Of a stretch of DNA of 64,000 bases, positions 12,352-23,951 are shown one piece after another. The stretch is from Adineta vaga (lineage: Eukaryota; Animalia; Rotifera). The notes under the pieces are model-generated. The model saw only the letters and a program-made list of their open reading frames with translations. It had not been told where the DNA came from and did not search any database. The position numbers and the translations under genes are program-made. The stretch lies in NCBI GenBank assembly GCA_021613535.1, contig CP075493.1, positions 12,462,001 to 12,526,000 of the forward strand, read 5' to 3'. Each line of letters begins with the position of its first letter. Position 1 is the first letter of the stretch.

Positions 12352-13130
12352 GTAACATTGATCGTTTTAAACCTGTATCCATCCGCTCCGGCCTTCCGTA
12401 TTACATCTTTGGCTCGGAAAACAGTCTCGATATTGATATTTTAGTCCTTTTGAAAGACTATCAAAAACCGTCGACATATGTTGAATGTCAAAAATTGATG
12501 AACAAGTTCATTTACGAATTTCAAGATTTACACTGTTTGGCAAGTGACAAACCTGTCAATATAAATCTTGCAGTTCTGTCAGATGGTATAATTACATGGG
12601 TATTGAAAGGCATTCCAGATGAAACCAATAACAGTGTCTTTCATACATATCATTTACATAAACAACATTATTCACTCGAAATCCAGCGACTCGTTCCTCG
12701 CGATATTGAAAAGAAAATCATTCGTGCTACACGAGCTATTCTATCTCAGCTAACAAAATCTGAACGACGACATAATGTTAAAAACGCTTTGAAAGCAAAC
12801 CAACTCTATATTCGTCTCGATGCACTTAAGCCAATTCGTTTTCAAGAGCTCGATTTTAAACAATCCGAAGAAGATTTGACTGAAATCGTCAAATTGATTG
12901 CGTTTCAACTTGGTCAGACAATGGCTTTGATAAAAGAAAACAAAGAACTATATACAAAAATACAAGTAGCAGAATATGATCCGAGATTGAGGCCGTATCT
13001 AATGAGAGAAACGGGATGTAATTTGGAAATATTGACGCAAGTTAAAAATGAATATATCGCAATGATTGAACATATGTTTGTTAAACAACCGGAATTAAGA
13101 ACACAAGCAGAAGTGCTAGTTACTGACTAA
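12352..13130 (+). CDS. Pol-beta-superfamily nucleotidyltransferase-like domain (probably exon 2 of a spliced gene)
   Basis: YYIFGSENSLDIDILV fits hGS-x-DhDh and is followed by a helical domain. No in-frame ATG lies before the motif; a TTTTAG acceptor ends at 12351. Confidence 0.65.
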
Positions 13131-13268
13131 GTACAGTGTTTCTACGCCTCGAACTCTGGCTATCACATATGTCTCCAAAAATTTTCGTATATTTTCTGTG
13201 TTTGAATCCACATGTTTATTATTCAATAATAATAAAAAAACATTAGTACAAAATGAGTCTTCAAGAAT

Positions 13269-13369
13269 ACCATGAGGAGGGTAGGTTTGGTTCATGCTTT
13301 TGAAGTAGGCGTTGGTATTGTGTTCATATGTTGCGCAGACCCACACCCAAACCCACATCCTCAAGATGG
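13269..13369. repeat. Telomeric-repeat mini inverted repeat (degenerate left arm)
   Basis: Right arm CCCACACCCAAACCCACATCCTCAAGAT; left arm CCATGAGGAGGGTAGGTTTGG. Confidence 0.65.
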
Positions 13370-14115
13370 TTGTTGTTCCCACTAACGCCAGAAAAAAGCG
13401 ATTTCAACATAGATAAATCGACGATCAGGATTCTCTACTAACGATTCAATGACTGAATCTAAAATGTACTGAACAGCTAGATAGTACTTATAGCCAACCA
13501 ACATCGTCATACGTATGTGGAACAATGTGAACATTTAATTTATTGGATTGCTCTGGATTACAAACCTAAAAAGAAAAACCGATGAATATAAGGCGTTCTG
13601 TCTTTTAACTTGAATCCAACGTACACTATAACCACAACTTTCTAATTGACTGGATGGTATTGTACAATATCCAGCAATGCCGACAGGAATAAATACAAAT
13701 TCATAGTAGATTTCTATGTGCATTTATGGTTTTTCTTTCAGATTTAAAAATGAAATGAAATATGATTGATCTCGTTGATAGGTAGAGAGATGAAAGTTAT
13801 ACCGATAGTCAACACATATTTTGTTTGTCAAAACATAAAGTAAAATGATAAGACACTATGTGACAGCGATATACTTTCGTTCTCTATCGTTAGATGAATA
13901 TCTAATTCAGTATTTTATCAATGTCTTTATTTTTCAAGGAGAAAGAAATCCTGGAGTTCTGATTGAATTTACATTTTTATTGTGTAAACAGAATATATAT
14001 ATATATATTTCTAAAATCTATCAAAATAACGAATTCAATTAGACGAAATCGAATAAAAAGCATATATAAACAATAAAAAATTGAATTTTTTCCTTCGTTC
14101 AGTGAAAAAAGAAAG

Positions 14116-15647
14116 ATGAGTATATTTCAAAAGAGATCAATATACCCTTATTCAAATCAATGGTCTACAGATAAGACGAATATCCATCAATTTGGACATT
14201 CATCTACTGTTTGTATTGATGATGACCGTTCTTCACGTGATGACAATCGAACACGAGGGTGAATTAAGTCATTATGAAAATTATATTAAAATTCTATCGT
14301 TCTTTTTCAGTGATCTATTCATTTGTATGCAATTTTGTTCTTGGTTTTTTTCATCAACGTTTCTGCAAGGTTTTCTCTTGGGAATTTTAACTGGCAGTAT
14401 ACTATTGGCAACGATTATTTCACTTTGGCTGACATCTTCGGTCACGACTATGACTTTGAATATGTCTAACAGTAAGTATTAGTGAGAGAGATCTATGAAA
14501 TTTATTTATTTGTTTTACCGGCACTAACCAATACGATTGGTAAGTTTGAAATTTCAATTTTCAAACAAAGTGCTTTTTTTCACTCGTATATTTTAGCCTC
14601 AACAGTCGCAGGTAGAGATCTTACTCTTTCGTCATTATTTTACGAGAATTTTTATGTAAAGATTTCGAATTAGTTGTAAATAATGTTGAATTTTTCGATG
14701 AAGTAACTGATCTGTAGTAGATTATAGTGATGCATGAAGCAGGCTAAATCATTTGTGCTCCATCAAAATTTCTTTGTTTTATTTTAGTCGTCAGCACAAC
14801 AAGTAGTATTACAACGAGTAAGCTCTTTGTTATATTTGATTGTATCTATTTCAAATTTGTTAAGGCTCAACGAGCATGCCGACGTCTTCAGGAACTAGTA
14901 AGTTTTTGTTTTAAAAAAAAATAGTTCTATACATCAGATTCGTATATGTAACTTAATTTATGTATATCTGTGAAAACCATCCGAGGATATGGTAGGACAA
15001 AACGAAGTATCCTGAAACGTAATAGCATTTGAGTAGCTTTGAATCCTTTATAATTTTGGAGTTTTTTTTATAAATTCATGATTCATGTACAGTAGATTTC
15101 TTTTTTTCTAGCCACAACTACAAGTGGTGAGTATGACTCTTTATCTTCTGTAATCACACATGTGTTCTTTCCATGAATATCAGCATTCAACTGCGCTTCT
15201 ACTATTACGTCGACTTTGAAGTCGTATACAGAAACAAATTGCCCTAAGAATATTTGGCACACATTTCCAAACTCTTTTATTGCATCATACACAGGTATTC
15301 AAACACTCGTTTTTTCCTTTAATGACATAAAGCATGCTATCATGTACTTAACTAACATCAGAGTACATGATACTAGTAATGTTCAGCTTCTCACTAATGG
15401 AAACTTTTCTTCGTCGTCTGGAATAACACCAACAAATTGGCTGAAGTGCTCAGACAATGGTCAAGTTGATGCTACTTGTGATGTTAATCCAACTATCGCA
15501 TGCTACACTATCTCAACTGACGGTGGTACAATTTTACAATCATTTTCGGTAGTATTTGGTGTCAATTATACTATAGAATTCGATCTCTATCATATTTCTA
15601 CATCTGGTAATAGTGATAGCATCACGTTAGATGTTTCCATTATTTGA
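14116..15647 (+). CDS. Type II membrane protein with micro-exon Ser/Thr stalk and C-terminal beta-sandwich (CBM/galactose-binding-like) domain
   Basis: TM segment FLLGILTGSILLATIISLWL. Micro-exons 14522-14539, 14597-14611, 14788-14817, 14865-14897 and 15112-15126. Last exon 15184-15647 contains QLLTNGNF..W...YTIEF. Confidence 0.65.
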
Positions 15648-15872
15648 ATGACATCGCTCACAAACTTATCAACAAATATTTCTATCACGGATCGTTGTTT
15701 TTTTTACAAAATACTGTTTTCTCTGTTTTCAATTAATAAATAAACTTGTAGATACATAGACGGCGATCGTCACCAACTGAGTGACAGTCGTCCATCAATT
15801 GGTCAGGTTTGCATTTACACATATTGAAGATATAAAAAGAAATGTTGAGAAGGTAAAGCTCAATCTCAACAA

Positions 15873-16676
15873 ATGTTTGACAACATGATTTCTTCATTCC
15901 ACATACTACCTACTGAATTCGTTTGTCACATATTAGACTACCTCGATCAGTTAACGATTCTTCTACTATTTCGTAATGTATGTTCAAGAGTTGATGCTAT
16001 TATTGATACCTATCCTCGGTTTCAGGTTACTACTAGTTTTAAAAGCAATAAATGACTCGACAATCACCTTGTATATTTTATTTTTATAGCCATCAATAGA
16101 ATTACATTTGTTAAATAGATTAAAACATTCTATAGACATATATCGTTTATTTAAAGGTTTTGAAAATGATACCGTAATACTATTTCTCACTATTTTATTT
16201 CTACCAGACACACACTACATTGGATATATTATACAATAATATTGGTGATTGGGGAACACAATATTTATGCTTAAAACTCGAAGATAATATGGTGAGATAA
16301 GTCTTCTTATTTGTTGTAGACTCGACGTCATTGACTCTTTCAGGTAACAATATCGATGTAATAGGAATACAAAATCTCACTTATCTGCTAGAAAATAATG
16401 AAGTGAAATTTGATATAAACTCTCAAAAGTTTGGATCTTACAGGAAAGAGAATTAGTGATCTAGATGTACAATATTTAACTCGGAAATTACGAAGTAATA
16501 CAGTAAGAAAACAATGTTCTCGTTGTTTTTTTACAAACCATGTACATCTCATTATATTTTCAATTTAGATGTTGGAAATGTTGGATCTTCGATACAATCC
16601 TATCCCAGCTAGAGGTTTAGAGCATCTGATCAAAGATGAAACTATTTTTGCAGCAAACCATCGATATTTATTGTAA
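15873..16676 (+). pseudogene. F-box + ribonuclease-inhibitor-type LRR gene, degraded
   Basis: FHILPTEFVCHILDYL F-box, and LRR exons LTSLTLSGNNIDVIGIQNL and LEMLDLRYNPIPARGLEHL. Exon continuity is unclear. Confidence 0.55.
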
Positions 16677-16995
16677 TTAAATGTAACAACGAATAGATTT
16701 TTTTCTCTTCTTTTTTTCTAATTTATTTGTTTGAATCAGGAGATAGTTGTTTGAATAATAAATCGAATATATATGAATATTATACTTTCAAATCAAATGC
16801 GTATATACTAATAAAAACAACTACTATAAATTGCAATGTTTTTAACAACGATTCCTGAAATTTCATGTTATTACGAAATCGCGTGTGGGTGTGTTATTTT
16901 TCATATAGAACGTGCAGATATGGCCTATATCTATGTGAATTTAAAGGTTATTTTTTTTCTTTCTATTCTTAAAAGCACATTTACCGATACTCTTA

Positions 16996-18528
16996 ATGAA
17001 AACTTTCAGATTACAATCTATGCATCATTTTACCACTCAATTACGTTATATTCGATTACCACTAATTCATCAAATGATGAATATGACTCAACATATTCCA
17101 TTGGAAAATCGTGTTAAACAAGAATGTATTCGTTTATCGAATGTTGCATTATTATCTTCAATCGTCAAACAATATCAAACTATTCAACCATTCAAAGATT
17201 ATACAATATTAAATATTCAACATGAATTAGGTGATGTTAGTGCTCAAATAGAAGCATTAATTTGTCTTGGTGCATTACCACAACATTTATATTTTCTTCC
17301 ACCATCTTACTCACATAACAAACAATTTGAATCATTCTTAATCAAATATTTCGCAATTCCAAAAGAAAATATGCTCGATTCATCTTCATATCGTTTGCGT
17401 TATACTTATGATAAATATCGTTTATTCAATGTTTTATCGAATTGTAAACAAATGATTCAAATGGAATTAAGTAAAAAACAAGGCCGATCAAATAATTTAC
17501 TTATTTTAGATGATGGTGGTTGTTTTCCGGAATTATTATCCATTTTATTGGACATTGAAGAGAATAATGTACATCCGGCGAATGAATTCATTCATAATAT
17601 TTCTCGATCTGATGTGAAATTTATTTTATCATATTTCAAATCAATTGAAATTCGTCTTGTTGAACAAACATCACGTGGTTTATTTAAATATATTGATCAA
17701 CCGAAAATTCCTCTTGCATTAAAAAAATTTGGCATATCAATGATTGATGTTGCTTCAAGTGAACCAAAGAAACGTTTAGAACCTTCAATTATTGCGGAAA
17801 CATGTTTGAATATGTTATCATATCTATTCTATGATGCTTCTTCTCAATTAAAAATTCCAAAACCATCAAAAATGGATACATGTTTATTACTTGGATATGG
17901 TGCTATTGGACGAGCAATTGCTTATGCTTTAACACATCAAGGAGATTTAGGACTATTTTCGAAAGATTCAGTTTACATATGGGATACAGATATAAATCAA
18001 AGAAAGCTAGCTGAAAATAATGGATTTCAAATCTTTGATCAATGGAATAAGACAGATGAATTTAATTATATTATTGGTTGTGCTGGTCGACGTTCATTAC
18101 CAATATCATCTCTATCTTTATTACGTAACAATTCATATTTAATTAGTGTTTCATCGTCAACAATTGAATTTCCAGTTCATGAAATGATTCAAAATGCTTT
18201 AGAAAAACATTCGGATAATAAACAAATTAGATTATTAAATGAAGATATCAATCAATTAGATGATGAAAATATTCATCGCAATATCAAATTTATTATTGAA
18301 AATAATAAAGAAATAACGATTGTTAATGGTGGAATGCCTATTACATTTTTAGGACTTTTAAATCCAACGATACCTGAAAAGTTTGATCTTACAATTAGTT
18401 TAATGGTTTCTGCAAGTATTCAAGCAACTTTGATGAAAACGAAGAATGATCAAGAAAATCGAATTATACCATTGGATATGAATTTTTCAAATTTGATTTG
18501 CAATTGGTTTGAGAATAACAAATCTTAG
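16996..18528 (+). CDS. Divergent S-adenosylhomocysteine hydrolase-like NAD-binding protein (intronless)
   Basis: LILDDGG, VEQTSRG (cf. EETTTG), Rossmann LLGYGAIG, IIGCAG and VNGGMPITF appear in AdoHcyase order. Confidence 0.7.
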   Translation: MKTFRLQSMHHFTTQLRYIRLPLIHQMMNMTQHIPLENRVKQECIRLSNVALLSSIVKQYQTIQPFKDYTILNIQHELGDVSAQIEALICLGALPQHLYFLPPSYSHNKQFESFLIKYFAIPKENMLDSSSYRLRYTYDKYRLFNVLSNCKQMIQMELSKKQGRSNNLLILDDGGCFPELLSILLDIEENNVHPANEFIHNISRSDVKFILSYFKSIEIRLVEQTSRGLFKYIDQPKIPLALKKFGISMIDVASSEPKKRLEPSIIAETCLNMLSYLFYDASSQLKIPKPSKMDTCLLLGYGAIGRAIAYALTHQGDLGLFSKDSVYIWDTDINQRKLAENNGFQIFDQWNKTDEFNYIIGCAGRRSLPISSLSLLRNNSYLISVSSSTIEFPVHEMIQNALEKHSDNKQIRLLNEDINQLDDENIHRNIKFIIENNKEITIVNGGMPITFLGLLNPTIPEKFDLTISLMVSASIQATLMKTKNDQENRIIPLDMNFSNLICNWFENNKS

Positions 18529-19138
18529 TATATCATTTATTGTCCTTTTCTTTTTGAAAAATAATTCTTCGGAAAATTGAAAATAACAGTCATTAATATT
18601 ACATATTATATCAACGCTAGTCGAAACTGGAAATTTAGATGTATAATCATTTAACATTTCCATCATCAAAATACAATGGTTTCTATTCTCGATGTGTAGC
18701 AGGTTGAACCACGGCCGGCATGTTATGTCGAGCAACGTCACTTGCAACATAAGCATTTGAGCGTTCATTTTCTAGAATATAGAGAATAGTTCGGAATATG
18801 ACACTTGATTTTCGATTTACCTTGACGTTTAAGAAAACGAGCTTCTTGACAGATTGCACAAGGAGCACAAAAACATGTTGCCGGGCAGTCAGGACAATTT
18901 GGATCTTCTTGTAAACCATATTTTCGTCGAAGAGTGCGGCGTTTGAAATAGTGTGGAAACCAACAGTATCCAAAGCAACTGAAAAAGTAATATATAGAGC
19001 ACATAAAACAGCAATTGCTCACTTTCAAAAATACAACTTAGCGATAAGACGTATTCTCTCTTAATCAAAACTCTTTCTTTCTTTCTCTCTCGTTATATCC
19101 TCCTACCTTTTACTCGATCTTCACAGATCTTTTAATAG

Positions 19139-20974
19139 GTGGTAATTCAGGATATGGCCTCAATGGTGGTACCTCTACAAGGTTTCCAAACAATTAATGA
19201 CCAAGCGGAATTGGATTATTGGCAAAACCAAATGAAAAATGATGAACTTTTCGTTCAATTTATGGCCGAAATCTTCCAGAAGAAACAGCTGGAAGCACAA
19301 CGTGAAAGAAGAAACAATAGTATGACTCATCCTACACTAGTACCAAACACATCATCGCCTCCGCCTCCAACTACACAAGAACCAGTGCGACAGCTACCTA
19401 GCCTCATGTACCAACCGATAATGACACCTAGCAACCAACACCAATATTATCAAGCTGTTGGATCACCGATGGTAACAAATAGCAATAAGAATAACTCAAA
19501 TATTGACATTCAATATAGTACAGGAACAGCCCGACGAGCTTTGGAAGAGGCTAGTCCAGAATATCGAACACAACAACGAGTAAAAAGACGTCGACAAGGT
19601 GAAATAACCCCAAAGACAATTCCAAGTAACATCGGACCAGAATCTGGAGCAGCAAATGGAAAAACTTATGAAGTGCTTCCTAGTCATGTCAAAAGAGCAA
19701 TGAACAACAATCTTCCATGTTTTTACATGAAATTCAGGAGCACCAATGATACAGAAGGAATTCAATCACTATCACCAATGAAGGTCGCCGAATTTATTCG
19801 GGAAACAATCTCCCAACAATCGGAGCATTCATTAGAGGATATATCCTTGTTAGTACCGGTGGCCTTGAATCGTTTCAAGATTGGAGTGAAATCGAAGAAA
19901 AGTTTTCTTTTATTATGGCAGTGCAAATGGTCCCGTCAAATGGATAATTATGAATTTGAAGTTGAACGACCACGTTCCTTACCTGATTGCTGCGCACTAG
20001 TTGTACGAAACGTCCCTGCGGACCTACCCAACGAATTTATCTACCAGGAAATCACAAAATCAATTACATCAGCAACATCGCTCACAAAAATGAATTATCA
20101 TCGACAACGAACCACAAATGATTTCAGATTTTGTGTAGCAGATGAAAATGAGTACGACGAAATAATCAAAATTGGAAGAATTGCAATTGGACACGTGCTC
20201 CTCCCGATCACCACCTTCCAATCCAGTTTGAAACTGACGTATTGCAATAGTTGCTGGAAAATTGGTCATTTTAGAGCACAATGTAAAGTAGGTCACTGTT
20301 GTCGTTTATGTTTAGAACCATGGAACCGGGATCACAAATGTGAAAAACCAACAAAATGTGCTCAATGTCATGGTGAACACCTGTCCCTCAGCATGGACTG
20401 TCCTGTAATAAGAAGTTATCGTCGAACATTGAAAGAAGAAGTAGAGAAAGCAATTGAAGAAGCAAGTGCCAATCCTCATCCTCTTCCTAGCCAAGTAAAT
20501 CGAAATAAGAACGTATGGGTAACAACTCAAGGATCAATAACACAACATTCGGAACCGCACGACGATAGCCATCTAAGTGAATTGAACAAGGAAGTTAAAT
20601 ATATACTAGATATAACTCGACGTTTGGAAAACAAACTTGACATTATCACATGGAGAATGGAAGCATCGGATAAAATGGTCGTGATCAACAAACAAGGTTT
20701 AATGGTATTAACCGACATCGTACAACAAACAATCAACGCATTAATAGGACAGAAAAAAACATCTGTCATACAAAACCTGGCAAGCCAGATTGATAAATTT
20801 AAAGAAGATTTTGTGGAAAAATTCAACAACCTCAACAACGAAAAAATCCATATCAAGACAACAACTACTCCAAACGAAAATATCAACAACAATCGAAAAA
20901 CAACAGACACTGAAGATGGTAACAACATTAATCGAAGGTCAGAAATAAACACTATGAACACTATAGATGAATAA
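19139..20974 (+). CDS. LINE ORF1 gag-like protein with zinc knuckles
   Basis: CNSCWKIGHFRAQC (CX2CX4HX4C), CRLC...HKC and CAQCHGEH...C, then a coiled coil. Overlaps ORF2 by 8 nt (ATGAATAA). The first ATG is near 19154. Confidence 0.9.
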   Translation: MVIQDMASMVVPLQGFQTINDQAELDYWQNQMKNDELFVQFMAEIFQKKQLEAQRERRNNSMTHPTLVPNTSSPPPPTTQEPVRQLPSLMYQPIMTPSNQHQYYQAVGSPMVTNSNKNNSNIDIQYSTGTARRALEEASPEYRTQQRVKRRRQGEITPKTIPSNIGPESGAANGKTYEVLPSHVKRAMNNNLPCFYMKFRSTNDTEGIQSLSPMKVAEFIRETISQQSEHSLEDISLLVPVALNRFKIGVKSKKSFLLLWQCKWSRQMDNYEFEVERPRSLPDCCALVVRNVPADLPNEFIYQEITKSITSATSLTKMNYHRQRTTNDFRFCVADENEYDEIIKIGRIAIGHVLLPITTFQSSLKLTYCNSCWKIGHFRAQCKVGHCCRLCLEPWNRDHKCEKPTKCAQCHGEHLSLSMDCPVIRSYRRTLKEEVEKAIEEASANPHPLPSQVNRNKNVWVTTQGSITQHSEPHDDSHLSELNKEVKYILDITRRLENKLDIITWRMEASDKMVVINKQGLMVLTDIVQQTINALIGQKKTSVIQNLASQIDKFKEDFVEKFNNLNNEKIHIKTTTTPNENINNNRKTTDTEDGNNINRRSEINTMNTIDE

Positions 20975-23951
20975 GAACAATAAAAAAATGTGTGTTAGCG
21001 TAGATGCTCCCACTTTCTATCCTTCCTTTCCCATTACTGATGTAAAAGGGTCCGTGGTCCAACGAGTTATTGATTGGGGCTTTCCTAGGAGCTTGGTCAA
21101 CACTATATCAGAAATTCTAGAGGAATGGTATGGAAATAATACCTTACATGGAGTTTTCGAAATATGGGAGAAGAAGAAACAGAAATTTATAAGTCAAAAA
21201 AGCCCCCTCAACATCTTATTATACAATGTAGCAGGCTGGGGAAGTAGGTCACTGGAAACGGTGGAACTAATATGCAAAACTGACAGCGCTTTCTGCATCT
21301 TAACTGAAATAGGTGAGCTATGGAATAGTTTCGCAATTCCGAATTTTAACACATTCTACAAGGAAGGAACAAATGGCAAAGGAGGAGTCATGATAGCAGT
21401 AGGAAAACACCTAAAAGTGACTCGCATAGATATAGATATTGAAAACACAGTCATAGTGGATGTAGATGGACTATCCGAACCAATAAGAGTGGTAGCTATA
21501 TACTGGCCACAGAGTCAACAACGTAAATTAGAGGAAATATCACCATTCATAATAGAGAATACTATAGTAGCGGGAGATTTCAATGGCACAGTACAGGAAT
21601 GGTGTAGCCCAACAACAGATACAAGAGGCAAACTTCTACGAAGTTGGATCGAAGAAGTAAATCTGAGATTTATCCCTGGTACAAAGAACTCTTCAAAACG
21701 CTCGGACAGACATATAGACCTTATTTTTACGAATGTAATAGATGTTAAAGCCGAAACCTTGGAATTAGGGACAAGTGACCATTGGCCCTTAGTGATGACA
21801 AGTGAACACATCGGATTCCAAATAAATGGATACTTCCCGATCGTTAACTGGAAAGCCTTCGAAGTGATGTTACAATTGCTGCAGGAATTCTGGAGGAAGG
21901 AACTAGAAAAACAAGAGGTAGATGGATGGTACTCTATGTATACCAGATTCCTAGCTGCATTAAAGAATAGAGTAACAACTTGGAAAACGGTTGAGAAGTA
22001 CCGCCCGGCTCTACCACCACATATAATTGGAATGTTAAAAAATGTTAGACAAATTAGGAATAGATACTACAGACAACGAAAATGGTTCGGAGGAATAGGA
22101 AATGAAGAGGATAGAAGACTGCTGCGAATGTTAACTAGACAAACAAATATAGAAATAAACCGATATAAGACGGAAAATTGGAGTAAATTCCTATCATCAA
22201 TACAAGAAGCACACGACCTAAGAGGTAAAGCCTTCTGGTCACATCTAGCACGAATTTACAAACCAAAAACTACACCGATATTTAAATTAGCAAAGAATAA
22301 TAAAGTTATAGCTGATCAACAAGAGATAACTAAGGAATTATATGAGTATTACAGTGAATTAGGAAAGCCAGTGAATATTAAGAAACAAGACAAAAATGGA
22401 ATAGAAATCGAAGATGAATATAAACTCATCCAAAACATACTGGAAATAGACAAACAACTCACGATAGAACCGATATCACTAATAGAGCTCAAAAAAGAAG
22501 TGAAGAAATTAAAAAACAAAGAATCAGCAGGCTACGACCTTATATCCAATTGTATGATTAAAACACTACCACCGCAATACCTCCAATGTCTCGTTAACTG
22601 CTTCAATTCATGGTTAAAGGACTGTCGATACCCAGAAGTCTAGAAACTTGCAAGGATAGTTACGCTTAGTAAGCTAAACGCAGGCATCCATCAAGCAGAC
22701 CAGACGCGACCAATTTCATTGCTACCCACGCACTCTAAACTTTTCGAAAAAATAATTTTGAACAAAATCAGATATTGGGCAGAGACTAATCATTCAGTAC
22801 CTAGAGAACCATCTGGTTTCAGACCCGGTGGTTTGCTAAGTACACGTGTACTTTCAATATACCAGGAAATTAAAAACGAACTAGCAGCTAACATGCCATG
22901 TCTGGCGTTGTGTTTCGACTTCAAAAAAGCTTACGATGCTGTATGGCACACGGGAACAATAGTAAAATTAAATAGACTAGGAATGCCTAAGGAATTGTTG
23001 AAAATAGTATTATGCTGGCTAGAGAACAGGAAGGCGTACATCTCCCTGGGAAAGAAAGATTCCACAATATTCAGGTTGGACATAGGCCTTCCGCAAGGAA
23101 GTAGCCTTAGTCCATACCTGTTTATTGTATACCATAGCGATATCGTCCACTGTGCAGGAGCTCACCCAGTGCACGTATATGCCGATGACTTATGTATCAT
23201 AATCAGAGGACCGATAACGAAGAAGCTGCAAAACACGAACGACTATTTAGGAAAAGAAGGTACGGAAATCTGTAAGAAAGTTATGGAATACGCGGAAAAA
23301 TGGAAACAGCCGCTAAATGTTAGGAAAACAGTTGGGCAGGTATTCTACTCCCAACCTGTTTGCCCGGAAATTAAAGTCCTTATCGAGAACAAAGAATTAG
23401 AACTATTGAGGTCGTTCAAATACCTAGGGTTCACTTGGACAAGCAAGCTATCATTACAACCGACAATAGATAATTGCATAGGAAAAGCAGACAGAGCCAC
23501 AGCGAAAATGAAATGGTTGAAAAAGAATAAAATCGTCTCGCTCGAAGTCCTACGTAAATGTCTTTTCATATTTACCTTCCCGCATTTAGCGTGGATCTTT
23601 CCTCTTTACCCCTTCCTTCCACAAGGACAAAAAGAAGCTCTGAATAGGAAATTCAGAGTCGGAATTCGAATAGCACACAGATGCCCCTACATCGAAGCGA
23701 AGGATCTACATACTGTAACGAAAGAGGAAAGTTTAGAATTCTATGTGAAAATGTATATCAGGAAGCAAATAACCAACGCGAATAAAACCGACCTTAGTCT
23801 ATCCCCCTTCTTCGAAGATATATTCAAATGGGATTGGATGAAGAAAAAGAAGAATGACGGAGTCGGACACTTTTTCAGAACGAGAAGAGTGAAGAAGCAA
23901 TTGGAAAGACACGAGGTGCTGCTGATAAAGTGGATAGAATTCATAGAGTAA
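20967..23951 (+). pseudogene. LINE ORF2: APE endonuclease + reverse transcriptase, one nonsense codon
   Basis: EN motifs YNVAG, LTE, AGDFN, IDLIF and SDH. RT motifs RPISLL, DFKKAYD, LPQGSSLSP, YADD and KYLG. In-frame TAG at 22641-22643 (YPEV*K, where W is expected). Confidence 0.93.

Noticed and set aside
10687-13369. NYN and NTase genes as cargo of one large TIR transposon bounded by the ATCTYGAGG motifs
   Set aside because: Each boundary motif has its own nearby degenerate partner arm and no TSD flanks the pair, so they are better read as two separate mini-elements.
22641-22719. Programmed readthrough or a separate RT ORF3
   Set aside because: The stop replaces a conserved Trp in the P..WK motif, so a point mutation is simpler.
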